A program made the translations under genes and the position numbers. Positions 1-10,418 of a DNA stretch of 64,000 nt are shown piece by piece. Numbering within the stretch: position 1 is the stretch's first letter; each line of letters begins with the position of its first letter. The notes under the pieces were generated by a model. That model made no database searches and had not been told where the DNA came from. It saw only the letters and a program-made list of their open reading frames with translations. Origin of the DNA: Diplonema japonicum (lineage: Eukaryota > Protista > Euglenozoa: Diplonemea); assembly GCA_964019335.1 (NCBI GenBank), contig OZ025668.1:248001-312000 (forward strand), read 5' to 3'.

Positions 1-1283
1 CAGCTTCTTTATGTACTGAGCTCCTTCAACAGACTTCGGCAGCACCAGCTCCCTGTTCTCAGACGACATAAACGTACGAAACTGCAAATCGAGCACACGC
101 TCTTCGGTCTCCATGTCAGGCTCCTCGTCAGGAAGCGGGACATAAGTCGTAGGTTGCGGGGGAGGGGACTTCCCTTCAGGCGGTGCCTCTAGAGAGATAC
201 CCCTTGCTGGACCGTCGGTTTTGGCTTGCTTGTGCTTGAATTCCACACGGACCTTTTTTTTTTTTTTTTTTTCCCCTTATTTTATACTTTTCTCCCATGC
301 ATCACAAGCTGGTCCAACTGGTACCGTCCCTTCTCAGCTTCGGTTCGGGATGGGAACTTCACGAAGGCGATCCCCTTGAACATCCCCTTCTCATCATGGT
401 AGTATCTGATGTACGTGGGACGGCAAGCCATGCGTGTCTTTTTTTTTTTTTTTTTTTTTTTTTAATAGTTTTGTCCATTACCATTTCGTCCATTAAGGTC
501 TCGTGTTTGAGCTGGAACGGGAGGTTCTTCAGAACCAGCGTGGAGTGCGCTGTGGTCTTCGGTGCGTCTAGGGAGTGCACGGTGTGGGCAAAGTTGAAAG
601 CTCTCGTCTTCAAGGCACCCCTTCCGGAGTCCGCGTCACCCCATGTCTTCGTGTGCAGCACGACAGTCACCCTTAGGTCCTCAGTGCCGCTGGGTTTTTT
701 TTTGTTCCTCTTTTTTTTTTTTCCCCTCTAACATACATGGTAACCGGGTGAGAGTTAAAACTCCCAAGGCCAAAGCTGTCGTTTTCTAACTCCTTCTGGA
801 CAGGCTGGTGCGGGGGGATGTAGAAGTGGTGAAGCACCCGGACTTTTTCCTTTTTTTTTTTTCTTTCTTTTTTTTTTTACCCAAACCTCCTGCAGCGCCT
901 GCAGAATAGGGCCTACGACGCCTTGTTCGGTCCCAGGGTTGCGGATGGGCACCGTGAAGTGGACAACAACACCAGGCTGAGCTTCCACTCGGTCATCTCT
1001 CTTAGACATTCCACTGCTGCTGTTTGGAGTTGGCCGCTTCTGCTTCATGAAACTGTCAATAGGCGGAGTGCCCCTGTCAGGAGTGCCTCTTCGAAAGCTA
1101 CGGGGTGTTGTGAAGAAAGTGTGGGAAAAAAAAAAAAAAAAAACCATACTCGCCATTACTCCTCCACGAGGAAACTTCCATGTGCGGCCTAGCCGACCCC
1201 CCGCTGCCTGGTATCGCGACAGGCGCACTGCCGTTGTCTACCCCGTTGCTAGGGGGTGTCTTCTTTACAAGTTCTGTAAGCAT
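1..1283 (-). CDS. RRM + putative R3H RNA-binding protein (Pin4/Cip2-like), 5 introns, 3' end outside window
   Basis: Splicing GT-AG introns 1098-1149, 850-886, 690-736, 438-481 and 253-287 gives one open frame from MLTELVKK. It contains RNP2 LVLKNLPF and RNP1 KGIAFVKF, then LQFRTFMSSENRELVLP (R3H-like start). Confidence 0.8.
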
Positions 1284-1745
1284 CTTTTGTTTTTTCTCTC
1301 CGTTTTTCTTTTTTTTTTCAATAATAACCTCCTGCTTCCTTTTTTTTTTTTTGCGATAGATTCTTCTTTTTTTTTTTTTCTTCTAAGGAAAAGAAAACAA
1401 ACTAAAGAATAAAGAGAGAGGAAGAAAAATATATATGGAGATGTTCAGGTTTTTTTTTTTTTCTTTTTGTTGTTCCATGGTTTTAAATCTTTTATTTTCT
1501 TTTATTTGCTGCTTTTTCTGTTCAATTCAAAGGGAAAAAAAAAAACAGCAAAAACATAAAAGGGGGGGGTAGAGAAAGAAAAGAAATACGAGTCAAACAC
1601 GCTCTATTTTGAAACGAGAGGAAGGAGTCACGCCTTCTTTTTCTTTCAACATGGGTTGTTGAAAGTCAAGCCACGTGACGATAAAGGGGCATTAGCTTTT
1701 TTATTTTTATTTTTTTTTGATTTCCCATCTCTGACACCTGGGATC

Positions 1746-2750
1746 TCAAAGCAACAGGACAGCGCAGAGAAGGCAGAGGATGGCCAGGGCAGACACAGGG
1801 TGTGCGGCGGGGGCCGAGTTCATACGCGAGTTGAAGTCGTCCCAGGAGAGGAAGCCGGTGACACTCTTGTTGGCGTTGAGCTCCACGTACTGGCAGTGGA
1901 TGTCGATGGTGAGGGGTGCCACGAACTCAAGGATGGTGGAGAGGGTGGTGCTCCCAGAGGTGCCTGTCGCGCAGGTTCCGAATCGCTGCACGAGCCTCGA
2001 GGTGATGGCGGTGTTGTCCTCTGTCTTGCAGGTGGCGTCGCTGAAGCCGTTCTCCGCAAGGGCCCCGACCCAGCCACCGCCGGTAACCTTGTTGCAAGCC
2101 GCCAGCGACTCCTCGTAGCTCGGGCCCGTCGATGCCTTGCAGGTCGTCTTGTCGTAAGCCTGGCAGCACCCGGTGCATTCGGGCTCCGCTCCACACTGCT
2201 TCTCTGCCATGTTCGCCAGTGTGTTCACGGTCTGTGTGCCGGTCGAGCACTTGTCACCAGCCCAGCCCAGTGTCCTCACCCCTCCTGTTTTCACAGCTGC
2301 GATGTAGTCGGTCACCGTGCACAGCTCGTCTGCTGTCAGCGTTGTATCGAACTTCGCTGACCCGAGAGGCGTTTTCACGCATGTCCCCTCCTTCAGCGCA
2401 GTGACCTCCGCCGTGCCCTCGCATGTCTTGGAGTCCTTCCAGTACGATAGCTGCAGGGCCTCGTCACCCTTGGCGGGGCACGCTGCGTCGTCGATCGTCA
2501 GCTTCACGGAGTACGTCAATGTGGTGTCTGTCAGGCACGTGTCCACGGTGTACCCGGACAGCACAGCCCCCGCCTTCGCGAAGGGTTTCACTGCGACCTT
2601 GTCCTTAGCCGCGTAGCTCCACAATGCTGCCTTCGGGTCCGCGTTCCCCGTGCAGTCCGCGGAAGTGAAGAACGACGGGCTCGTCAGCGGGTTCGCTGCA
2701 GCAGAGGCGAGCGACACCCCCATCGAGAGCAGAATCATGGCGGATTTCAT
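1746..2750 (-). CDS. Cys-rich secreted, probably GPI-anchored surface protein (334 aa)
   Basis: N-terminal signal peptide, many Cys, hydrophobic C-terminal tail after NSAPAAH, GC3-rich codon usage. Confidence 0.75.
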   Translation of the reverse strand: MKSAMILLSMGVSLASAAANPLTSPSFFTSADCTGNADPKAALWSYAAKDKVAVKPFAKAGAVLSGYTVDTCLTDTTLTYSVKLTIDDAACPAKGDEALQLSYWKDSKTCEGTAEVTALKEGTCVKTPLGSAKFDTTLTADELCTVTDYIAAVKTGGVRTLGWAGDKCSTGTQTVNTLANMAEKQCGAEPECTGCCQAYDKTTCKASTGPSYEESLAACNKVTGGGWVGALAENGFSDATCKTEDNTAITSRLVQRFGTCATGTSGSTTLSTILEFVAPLTIDIHCQYVELNANKSVTGFLSWDDFNSRMNSAPAAHPVSALAILCLLCAVLLL

Positions 2751-2921
2751 TTTGTTTTTGTTTTGAAGGATTTGTAAGAAATCTGTTGAATGGTGAGAAG
2801 GTCCCTCAGACTGGTCAAAGCAAAAGACAACCGCTTCTTGAGGACAATGAGAACAGCCTCTTTGTGTGAGTTTCTATCTATTAACACATTAGTACACCAA
2901 GTAACACGAAACAAACTGTCG

Positions 2922-3431
2922 TCAATAATCTAAATCGGAAAGATCAACAGGTGGACGTGCTGACTCCCGTATCGCAAGGAGCTTGCACAACAAAACTTGT
3001 ATCTCAGATTTCTTTTGCACAACCAAATCCAGGGTGGCCAAGGCTGTATCACAACGGGACTTGCACTGGCTGTACAAATCGGAGGGTACAGCGGTGGCGG
3101 GGTTGGCCGTGCATTTCTTCTGATACCTTGCCACGAGGGATCTGGCTTCTATTTCGGTCACCTCAGCTCGCCAAGCGAGAGAAGGGTCTATACGCACCAC
3201 CTCGTCGATGAGGCTCTGGCACAATAGGCAGGCTGCCCTGCAGTCTGCTTCCATTTGTGCTCCGTCAGCTTCTGTCTTTCCAGCCTTTTCCTTTAGCTCC
3301 AATAGCTCAGCCATTCCCCCGTTCCCTTCCTCCGGGACAATCCCGAGGCTTTCACCTGTCCAACAGTCGTAACACCGTCCCTCCACGACTAACACTGGGA
3401 TGCCTTCTAGCATCATAGTACGCCGTGCCAT
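2922..3431 (-). CDS. hypothetical protein (~169 aa)
   Basis: Open frame from the ATG of MARRTMML with natural composition; same strand as neighbours. Confidence 0.55.
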   Translation of the reverse strand: MARRTMMLEGIPVLVVEGRCYDCWTGESLGIVPEEGNGGMAELLELKEKAGKTEADGAQMEADCRAACLLCQSLIDEVVRIDPSLAWRAEVTEIEARSLVARYQKKCTANPATAVPSDLYSQCKSRCDTALATLDLVVQKKSEIQVLLCKLLAIRESARPPVDLSDLDY

Positions 3432-3744
3432 GCCGTCTGTGTTAGAACTATTTACAAGTAACAAACAAAAAAGAAATCGAAACTACTTCGAGAAAATCAA
3501 ATCGAAGTGCCAAAGGTACGATCAGAAGAAAAGGGAGGAAGGACGTGTTTACGCGAGAGGAATAGTGGGGGGGGAGGTCGGGTTCTTCGCAGCAGAGGGT
3601 GGAACGTGGCGAGTGGAGAGACAAGCTGAACAGCTTTCTTAAGATTCATCTCCCTTTTGCTTCTGCTCAAAAAGGTTAAAGAAACCCCCTCTGGAGAAAA
3701 AAAAACTGCTGAAGCGTTAAATGTTGGGAAAAAAAATAGGAGTT

Positions 3745-5139
3745 CTATTGGAAAACCTGAACTGTTACAGTGCCTTTCGAAGATGGCCAGTCACCCGTCA
3801 CAGTGACAGTGGTGCCAGAGACCACGCTCATAGGGTTACTGTAGTGGGAAGCAGACACCACAGCGTGTCGGATCCAAGGGAAGAGGAGCTGCTTGGAGAA
3901 GTCAAAGGTAACAGAAGGGGGGGTGAGGGGCTTGGTCATCACGAGGGTCGTCTGCAAGGAAGGCTGTATGCCCGTAACAACCACATCGCTCACACTGTTC
4001 TCTGTGAAGGTCCCATTGAGCACTACTGTCTGCGGAGTCGTGAACGAGTTCATCGTGACCCTCAACCCGCTCATCTTGCTGCCGTGGATCACGATATGTG
4101 TCACAAGGAAGAAGGTATCAGTCACCACTACTTCTGAAGGGTCGTAAAGGTTGAGAGTGTTGTAGTCCAAGTAGCAGTACTCGATCCTGTTCTGGAATGC
4201 CCCGTAGCTGCTCCTCGGGTTCCCAAGGGAGATCCCAACACCGCCTTGGTTCCAAGTGTGCACCCCTGACATGATGTTGGCAGCACCGTTCACAACAACA
4301 CCCGTTCGCGTGTAGTTAAAAACAATAACGTTAACGATGTAGTTGTCGTTCCCATTGAGCTCGATCCCCACACTGTCTGTCGTGGGGTGGCTGTCCGACC
4401 AGTAGTACTCGCAGAACCATGAGTACGACACCATCAGCTCGTGGCCTGCCGTCACCTGGATCCCGTATCCCGTGAAGCCTGTGAAGAACGAATCGGTCAC
4501 AACACACCCCATCGTGTGAGACACATACAGCCCACCGAGTGCCACATGGGAAGCATCGAGCATCACAGACGTCACACTGATCTCTTCGTTGCAAGATCCT
4601 TGGCTGTCCGTCTTGCAGTTGTCAGCCCCGATGTTCAGGAGGAAAGCTGATTTCGGAAAGGTGGGAGATGCCCTCAAGGTTCCTCCTGTGATCCTCATGT
4701 TCCCGACAAAGGTGGGGATGTGCAGGGGTTGCGAAATGAGATAGTTGCCCCCCCTCAGGTCAAGGGTCGCACCTCCCATGTCTGTGATGTTTGCCGCCAT
4801 TTTCTTCGTCGAGTTAAGGGCAAGAAGTGCCTTCAGAGCATCAACCACTCCTTGTGTGGCATCGGTCGCTCCTGTGGGGTCAGCCCCGAAGTCGACAGGG
4901 GACACGCTCCTCCCTGGGTTGAAGGTTCCAACCATCTGCTGGTGTCTCAGTTCAGCAGAACCGTCCGGCCGCATGTGGTGCCCATGGGACTTTGCGTTCA
5001 GCCTTGCGTTGCGCATCCCGACTCTGTGCCAGCGCTTTGCTTCATTGATTGAGGTCGGTGCCCTGAGGAGCGCCTTCCCGTCCTTGCTGACGAATGCAGA
5101 CGCAGAGGCCACCAAGGCCAGCAGAACGATGCGAGACAT
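3745..5139 (-). CDS. secreted pectate-lyase-fold (QRT3-like polygalacturonase) protein, copy 1
   Basis: Signal peptide MSRIVLLALVASASAF; motifs SPVDFGADPTGATDAT, GGATLDLRGGNYLISQPL, GNMRITGGTLRAS typical of Pectate_lyase_3/QRT3 beta-helix proteins. Confidence 0.8.
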   Translation of the reverse strand: MSRIVLLALVASASAFVSKDGKALLRAPTSINEAKRWHRVGMRNARLNAKSHGHHMRPDGSAELRHQQMVGTFNPGRSVSPVDFGADPTGATDATQGVVDALKALLALNSTKKMAANITDMGGATLDLRGGNYLISQPLHIPTFVGNMRITGGTLRASPTFPKSAFLLNIGADNCKTDSQGSCNEEISVTSVMLDASHVALGGLYVSHTMGCVVTDSFFTGFTGYGIQVTAGHELMVSYSWFCEYYWSDSHPTTDSVGIELNGNDNYIVNVIVFNYTRTGVVVNGAANIMSGVHTWNQGGVGISLGNPRSSYGAFQNRIEYCYLDYNTLNLYDPSEVVVTDTFFLVTHIVIHGSKMSGLRVTMNSFTTPQTVVLNGTFTENSVSDVVVTGIQPSLQTTLVMTKPLTPPSVTFDFSKQLLFPWIRHAVVSASHYSNPMSVVSGTTVTVTGDWPSSKGTVTVQVFQ

Positions 5140-5676
5140 GTTGCAGGCACCTGAGGATTGTGTCAACGGCCAAAGGAGCTCATTATAATAGAAGCCAAGC
5201 AGCTTACGATTTGAAACCAATAAGCTTAGATCCTTAAAGAAAAGGGAGACGCGTTGCTGCGGCTTAGCTTGGTTTATCTTTGTAGGTTGAGCACCCACTA
5301 GATACTGAGCACCCACTAGATACCTCTGCGCCACAAAAAGAAAGAAAAAGACGTTGAAGAATTGCCGCCAGAGGCAAAACACTGTTTTGGTATACCGCAT
5401 GCCCCACCTCGCTCCAGTTTCTCCAGATATATTGATATTTGAAGTGGTCAGAGAAGTGAATAGTAAGGACGACCCGGTGGTCGATTAGGTTCCCTTTCTT
5501 TTGTCTCGTTCTCTCTGACGTATCGATTTCAACACAAAAAAAAAATGTGAGCACGTTCGTTTGGTTCCCGTTCATCTTTCAAATTAAAAAAGAAAGAGAT
5601 TGGAAGTTTCTGGACAAAACATAAAAGAAGAAAAAAAGGAGCAGGGAGGGGAGCATTAGCACGCACGATATGCTTC

Positions 5677-7077
5677 CTATTGGTGTACTTCTACGGTAAT
5701 TGTCCCATCGTCGTAGGACCAGTCACCCCCCGTCACAGTGACAGTGGTGCCAGAGACTGTTGTTTGGGCTCCAATCCACTTCGAAGCTGTGGAGACCACA
5801 GTGTGTCGGATCCAAGGGAAGAGGAGCTGCTTGGAGAAGTCAAAGGTAACAGAAGGAAGGGCGAGAGGCTTGGTCATTATGGCAGTCGTCTGCAAGGAAG
5901 GCTGTATGCCCGTAACAACCACATCGCTCACACTGTTCTCTGTGAAGGTCCCGTTGAGCACAATAGTCTGCGCTTGTGTGAAAGAGTTCATCGATAGTCT
6001 CAACCCGCTCATCTTGCTGCCGTGGATCACCATGTGCGTCACAAGGAAGAAGGTGTCAGTCACCACCAAGTCGGAAGGGTCGTAAGCATCGAGAGTGTTG
6101 TAGTCCAAGTAGCAGTACTCGATCCTGTTCTGGTGTGCCCCGTAGCTGCTCCTCGGGTTCCCAAGGGAGATCCCAACACCACCACCGTTCCAAGTGTGCA
6201 CCGACGACATGATGTTGGCAGCACCGTTCACAACAACACCCGTTCGCGTGTAGTCAAAAACAATAACGTTAACGATGTAGTTGTCGTTCCCATTGAGCTC
6301 GATCCCCACACTGTCTGTCGTGGGGTGGCTGTCCGACCAGTAGTACTCGCAGAACCATGAGTACGACACCATCAGCTCGTGGCCTGCCGTCACCTGGATC
6401 CCGTATCCCGTGAAGCCTGTGAAGAACGAATCGGTCACAACACACCCCATCGTGTGAGACACATACAGCCCACCGAGTGCCACATGGGAAGCATCGAGCA
6501 TCACAGACGTCACACTGATCTCTTCGTTGCAAGATCCTTGGCTGTCCGTCTTGCAGTTGTCAGCCCCGATGTTCAGGAGGAAAGCTGATTTCGGAAAGGT
6601 GGGAGATGCCCTCAAGGTTCCTCCTGTGATCCTCATGTTCCCGACAAAGGTGGGGATGTGCAGGGGTTGCGAAATGAGATAGTTGCCCCCCCTCAGGTCA
6701 AGGGTCGCACCTCCCATGTCTGTGATGTTTGCCGCCATTTTCTTCGTCGAGTTAAGGGCAAGAAGTGCCTTCAGAGCATCAACCACTCCTTGTGTGGCAT
6801 CGGTCGCTCCTGTGGGGTCAGCCCCGAAGTCGACAGGGGACACGCTCCTCCCTGGGTTGAAGGTTCCAACCATCTGCTGGTGTCTCAGTTCAGCAGAACC
6901 GTCCGGCCGCATGTGGTGCCCATGGGACTTTGCGTTCAGCCTTGCGTTGCGCATCCCGACTCTGTGCCAGCGCTTTGCTTCATTGATTGAGGTCGGTGCC
7001 CTGAGGAGCGCCTTCCCGTCCTTGCTGACGAATGCAGACGCAGAGGCCACCAAGGCCAGCAGAACGATGCGAGACAT
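5677..7077 (-). CDS. secreted pectate-lyase-fold (QRT3-like polygalacturonase) protein, copy 2
   Basis: Tandem paralog of 3745-5139 (offset 1938 bp) with the same motifs. Confidence 0.8.
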   Translation of the reverse strand: MSRIVLLALVASASAFVSKDGKALLRAPTSINEAKRWHRVGMRNARLNAKSHGHHMRPDGSAELRHQQMVGTFNPGRSVSPVDFGADPTGATDATQGVVDALKALLALNSTKKMAANITDMGGATLDLRGGNYLISQPLHIPTFVGNMRITGGTLRASPTFPKSAFLLNIGADNCKTDSQGSCNEEISVTSVMLDASHVALGGLYVSHTMGCVVTDSFFTGFTGYGIQVTAGHELMVSYSWFCEYYWSDSHPTTDSVGIELNGNDNYIVNVIVFDYTRTGVVVNGAANIMSSVHTWNGGGVGISLGNPRSSYGAHQNRIEYCYLDYNTLDAYDPSDLVVTDTFFLVTHMVIHGSKMSGLRLSMNSFTQAQTIVLNGTFTENSVSDVVVTGIQPSLQTTAIMTKPLALPSVTFDFSKQLLFPWIRHTVVSTASKWIGAQTTVSGTTVTVTGGDWSYDDGTITVEVHQ

Positions 7078-7157
7078 GTTGCAGGCACCTGAGGATTGTG
7101 TCAACGGAACGCTGTAAGAATAATAAGTCTATCTGATGCACTACACTTAATTACCAC

Positions 7158-9217
7158 CTATTTCTTTGACAAGGCATCACCAGTCTTCACCGAAACGGCC
7201 TGCGATGGAAGTAACCACAAAGTCGCATGCATACCTTAGTGATGTACTTCGCTTTGATAACACCCTTCTTCCCTGCTGAACAGACGGCGGTGGGTGTGGA
7301 CAGAAAGGCGATTCCATCTGCGTGTGCCTTCGCTGCGTCGAGGTAGATGTAGACCTCCGCCGCCTTGCTCAGGCCCTCGATCCTGCCTGGCTCAGAGGGG
7401 AGCTCTGCTGCGAAGTACAAGTAGGTGCGCTTGATGGGGGTAAGCCCCTGCTTTTGGATAGCTTTCCACGCCTTGAGAGTAGTGCCGTGGATGAGAGGGC
7501 CCGTTGGTGTAAAGGGAGATGTCTGGACTGCATTGTCGTAGTACTGCTTGGTGTCCGAAGACTGCAGGTAGTACACACCACAGAGCTTTTTGATCCGGAA
7601 CCTATGGTGCGCATCGTACTCAGCGAACTCTTTCAAATGTTGTATAGTAATACCACTCTGGAGTTCCTGTAGCAGGTGCTCGGCCTTGACCCATCCCTCT
7701 TCTGCACCCCACGCAGCATCGGGCTTCAGCAGCAGAGATGCAAGCTTCTTGCTCACACGCTGCTCCTCAAGCACGTCAAGCTTCTCCTTAATATCTTCGA
7801 TGTCACTCACCTCATTGTCCTCTGCAGCCGTCTCTCGTTGCTTTTTCTCTTCTTCTTCCCTCGAAGCGCGCTCCCTGGCCTCCTGTTCTTTCGTTTCTCT
7901 CTCTACTTTAGCCAGTTGCAGCTCCTTTTCTAAATTCCTCTTTCTTTCCATGAGAACGTTTTCCTGTTCCTTGTTCTTCTTTTCTTGTGCCGCAGTGTTT
8001 TCCACAGCTTTTGTCTTCCTCTCGGCTTCGAGCTCTTCTGACAGTCGGACTTTCTCCGCTGCTGCCTTCTTAGCTTCACGTTCTGCTTGAAGCTGCTGCG
8101 CTAAGGCCGCTTCGCGTTCCTTTGCCTCCGCACGGACAGCAGCCTCGTCTCGCTTCGGCCCTGCTGACGCTAGAACGGCTTCCATGGCTTGCTTCTTACG
8201 AAGTGCGTCTTCTTTTTTGCGCAGTTTCTTCTCGCTGATAGGCTTCGGCAGGTCCAGGTGGTACATCCTACCTGACTGTGCAAGGTGAAAAGTTGATGAG
8301 GGCCCCAAGAGGTACGGCTCCATGGGTGCGAGCTTCGTCTTGTTGACATAGGTGCCGTGCGTGGAGGAGAGGTCCATGAGATTGATTTTGTTGCCCTCCT
8401 CGAAGTACAGCACGCAGTGCACCCGCGAGATGGTGGGATGCTCACAAGCAATCTCCGCCACATTGGCATCTTTCCCCATCAGGTAGTACGGCGACCCGTC
8501 CAAGCTGACGGTGTCGACAACGGTGTCACCCTTGCGCACCACAACCTTCGTCCCCTCCTGCGCCATGAACAGCTCCTCAGGAGGCATGAACCAGTTCCTC
8601 TGCAGCTTCATCTTCTTCAGCAGCTTGATCTCATGCTCGTCAATGTCGCCCGTGTCGTGTCTCTCAAGAAGGTCTTTGAACATCCCAGAGGGCTCCTTCT
8701 TGGGCACTGCTCGGGGGACTGGGTTCTGGATCGGAGCGGCTTTGGGATCAGCATCCTTCCTGTCTCTATCTTTCTTACCTTCACTGCTGTCCCTGCTGCT
8801 GTCTCTGCTTTTCCGCCTGTCCCTACTTCTGTCCCTGTCCCTGTCTGTGTTTCGATCCCTGCTTCTGTCCCTGTCCTTGTCCCTGTTTCTATCTCTGTCC
8901 CTACTTCTGTCCCTGTCCCTGTTTCTGCTTCTATCTCTGTCCCTGCTTCTATCCCTACTTCTGTCCCTGTCCTTGTCTCTGTCTCTGCTTCTATCTCTGT
9001 CTCTACTTCTGTCCCTGTCCTTGTCTCTGTTTCTATCTCTGTCCCTACTTCTGTCCCTGCTTCTGTTTCTGCTTCTGTCCCTGTCTCTGTCTCTGCTTCT
9101 ATCTCTGTCCCTACTTCTGTCCCTGTCCTTTGCTCCATCTCTTTCCCTTGCCCTCCGTTTCCTGTCACGCTCGTTGCTGTCCCAGCTCCTCTTCCTCACC
9201 TCCCTGTCACGTCCCAT
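7158..9217 (-). CDS. RD-repeat + FHA + coiled-coil + Tpt1/KptA-like domain protein (1 intron, 7200-7234)
   Basis: FHA motifs HPTISRVHC and DLSSTHGTYVN. C-terminal LIHGTT..W..I...GL...R and YIYLD....ADGIAF match the Tpt1 NAD-binding lobe. Splicing the 35-nt intron gives the end YITKAVSVKTGDALSKK*. Confidence 0.8.
8805..9130. repeat. coding minisatellite encoding (RD)n/RSRD repeats
   Basis: Reiterated ctgtcc/ctactt/ctatct 6-18 bp units. Confidence 0.9.
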
Positions 9218-9336
9218 CTGTGTCCTGTGTGAGGGATATATGTGCATTACCACGTGTTTCAAAATACCACTTCGGACCCTTGAAGGGATAAGTCACACAG
9301 AAAAGCATCGGCCGGTCGGTTGTGGGTGCAAGTCGC

Positions 9337-10418
9337 TTAGTCGCTTAGGAGGATGCTGTACTTCGTCTCGCGGGGTACTTGGTGGACCATGACCTTGCCG
9401 TTGTAAGAGACGGAGGCGAAGAGCCAGGGTGAAGCAGCGGACCAGGTGACCGAGTAGACCGAGTCGTCGAAGTCTGAGATGGGGCGGAGGAGGTTGTCTG
9501 TGGGGTGCTTAGGGGCGGTGTGGGAGGCGAGGGTGGGAAGGTTCCAGAGCTTGACAGTGGCATCGCGGTCGGTGGACGCAGTGAGGATGAGTTGCTCGTG
9601 AAAAGGATTGTGCTTGACACAGGTGGACCAATGGTCGTGTGCTTGAATCACACGGAGCGACTCCGATGCACGACGCACATCCCAGAACTTCACAGCCCCA
9701 TCATCGCCTGAGGTGGCAACGTGGTACTGTTTGTTGGGATTGTACTCGATGTCAAGAACAGTGGGGTGGGCGGATGTCACAAGGCTTTCAACTTCCTTTG
9801 TTCGAAGGTCTGCCTTCACGATCTCTCCGCCACATGCAACGGCCGTGACGTCAGAGTGGTGAGGGTCCCACGCAACCCTCGTTGGCTGGGAAGGCGTTGG
9901 TATGCTGGTCTCAACAGCGCCTTCTGCGTCTAGCTTCATTGTTTTTACGGAATCTCCTGACACGCCGACCACTGTGTTGAGATTGTACCCTTGCGGCTCC
10001 CACGTCACGCAGTCAAGGGGCTCGGGGAGAGTCATTATCTTCTCCAACCCTGCAGAGGTGCCTTGCTCCTTTGTCCATAAGGTTGCTGCTTTGCTTTTGA
10101 AGTCCGTCGTCGTGTGCAGCGTGAAAAACAAATCCTTCTGCGCCGATGAAGGGCAGCATGCAATCTGCCAGATCTCTTGCGGGTGCGACCATCTTGCTAA
10201 GCAGCCGCAGAACGCTGAATCCTATTGCGGGTTTTTTTTTTTTTTTTTTTTTTGTATAGATGACACACCTCCTTGTATTCCAACAAATAAATCTGATTCA
10301 CGCCTTTCAACGTCAGCGTTCCCACTAGAAACAAATGCTGGGACGGGTCCACAGCCGCCGCCAACGCTCTGCATTTCGCATCCACACCGTACACAGCACT
10401 GTCTTGGTGTATATTCAT
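9337..10418 (-). CDS. EIPR1: WD40 protein EIPR1/TSSC1 (1 intron, 10222-10268)
   Basis: N-terminal VYGVDAKCRAL...FLVGTLTLKGVNQI and C-terminal DSVYSVTWSAASPWLFASVSYNGKV...VPRETKYSIL are typical of TSSC1; the frame is restored by a 47-nt GT-AG intron. Confidence 0.85.

Noticed and set aside
5289-5324. 18-bp tandem duplication TGAGCACCCACTAGATAC
   Set aside because: Isolated local duplication in a spacer with no further copies.
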